From positions 1-59,922 of IMG/VR virus record IMGVR_UViG_2974632988_000001: a stretch of DNA of 59,922 bases, one strand, 5' to 3'. The position numbers and the translations under genes are program-made. The notes under the pieces were generated by a model, which saw only the letters and a program-made list of their open reading frames with translations, was not told the DNA's origin and made no database searches. This document shows, piece by piece, positions 59,495 through 59,922 of this stretch. This DNA is from a virus (Duplodnaviria; Heunggongvirae; Uroviricota; Caudoviricetes; Herelleviridae). Numbering within the stretch: position 1 is the stretch's first letter; each line of letters begins with the position of its first letter.

Positions 59495-59701
59495 TTAGTA
59501 TTTTTCTTTCCATAAATCAACTAAGTTTACTACTGTGACAACCAATTGAGCAAGCCCTAGAATACCTAAATATCTTCCTAAGTTTTCGTAATCATTTGAG
59601 CTAGATAAAGCTCCGAACTCCGTCTGGTAAAAAGCACCTAGACAGAAGAATGTCCATAGACTTAAAAAGAATAGTGACAGTAAATTTGATGTTCTTAACA
59701 T
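59495..59701 (-). CDS. Small two-TM membrane protein
   Basis: Two hydrophobic helices; AAGGGG RBS. Confidence 0.65.
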   Translation of the reverse strand: MLRTSNLLSLFFLSLWTFFCLGAFYQTEFGALSSSNDYENLGRYLGILGLAQLVVTVVNLVDLWKEKY

Positions 59702-59922
59702 TTAAGTTCCCCCTTATTTATATCGTAGTACGAAGTATATGTATACAGACAGTATGAATAGTAACGGTGCAGCCACTACAACCCCTAGAACTCCTACTAA
59801 CCATTCTGGTATTGTAAACTCGATGTGCATCCTATTAACCTCGTACACTTACAGCGCAAGCTTCACCTACGTAAATATGAGGTCTACCTGATGCAATAAA
59901 ATGGTCTTGGTTAAGCTTGTCC

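Noticed and set aside
3068-59922. Other opposite-strand ORFs in the track (e.g. 3068-3286, 5902-6348, 10076-10339, 35884-36084, 42120-42386, 57796-58107)
   Set aside because: They overlap well-supported genes on the other strand, have no RBS and show Ser/Phe-rich shadow composition.
1-59922. tRNA, rRNA or tmRNA genes
   Set aside because: No cloverleaf with T-loop GTTCGA and acceptor stem was seen by eye in intergenic DNA; tRNAscan-SE/ARAGORN would confirm.

Overview
This is about 60 kb of a large lytic Bacillus cereus-group myovirus (Herelleviridae, Bastille-like or B4-like). The assignment rests on a terminase large subunit, a LysB4-type L-Ala-D-Glu endolysin, phoH, thyA plus dihydrofolate reductase, and an FtsK/SpoIIIE plus metallo-beta-lactamase-fold pair; these are family signatures recalled from the literature, not searched. 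Genes run on + from 1 to ~25.8 kb and on - from 59.9 kb back to ~26 kb, converging near a ~1.3 kb gene-free tract (27.34-28.6 kb) that is probably in or beside the long terminal repeat. Highlights: (1) At 27.3-37.7 kb, an array of short gene cassettes is delimited by 15 near-identical ~55-66 bp promoter/RBS repeats, and the repeat itself supplies the upstream gene's stop codon in six cases. Cargo includes an Ocr-like DNA mimic, an 11-Cys microprotein and an HTH regulator with a palindromic operator. (2) At 50.6-56.5 kb, a ParM-like actin, RHH protein, GGAATTA iterons, pilin-like protein, polytopic membrane protein and FtsK translocase form one module, with a possible -1 frameshift. (3) A dense cluster of a palindromic TTGTCAGAATATTCTGACAA-like site lies in the gene-free tract. 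(4) Five paralogues share an N-terminal M-T-R-H motif. (5) There is an L33-fold Zn-ribbon protein and an Apyc1-like MBL nuclease. No tRNA, rRNA, CRISPR array, integrase or intron was seen. All homology calls are by eye and need HMM or structure searches.
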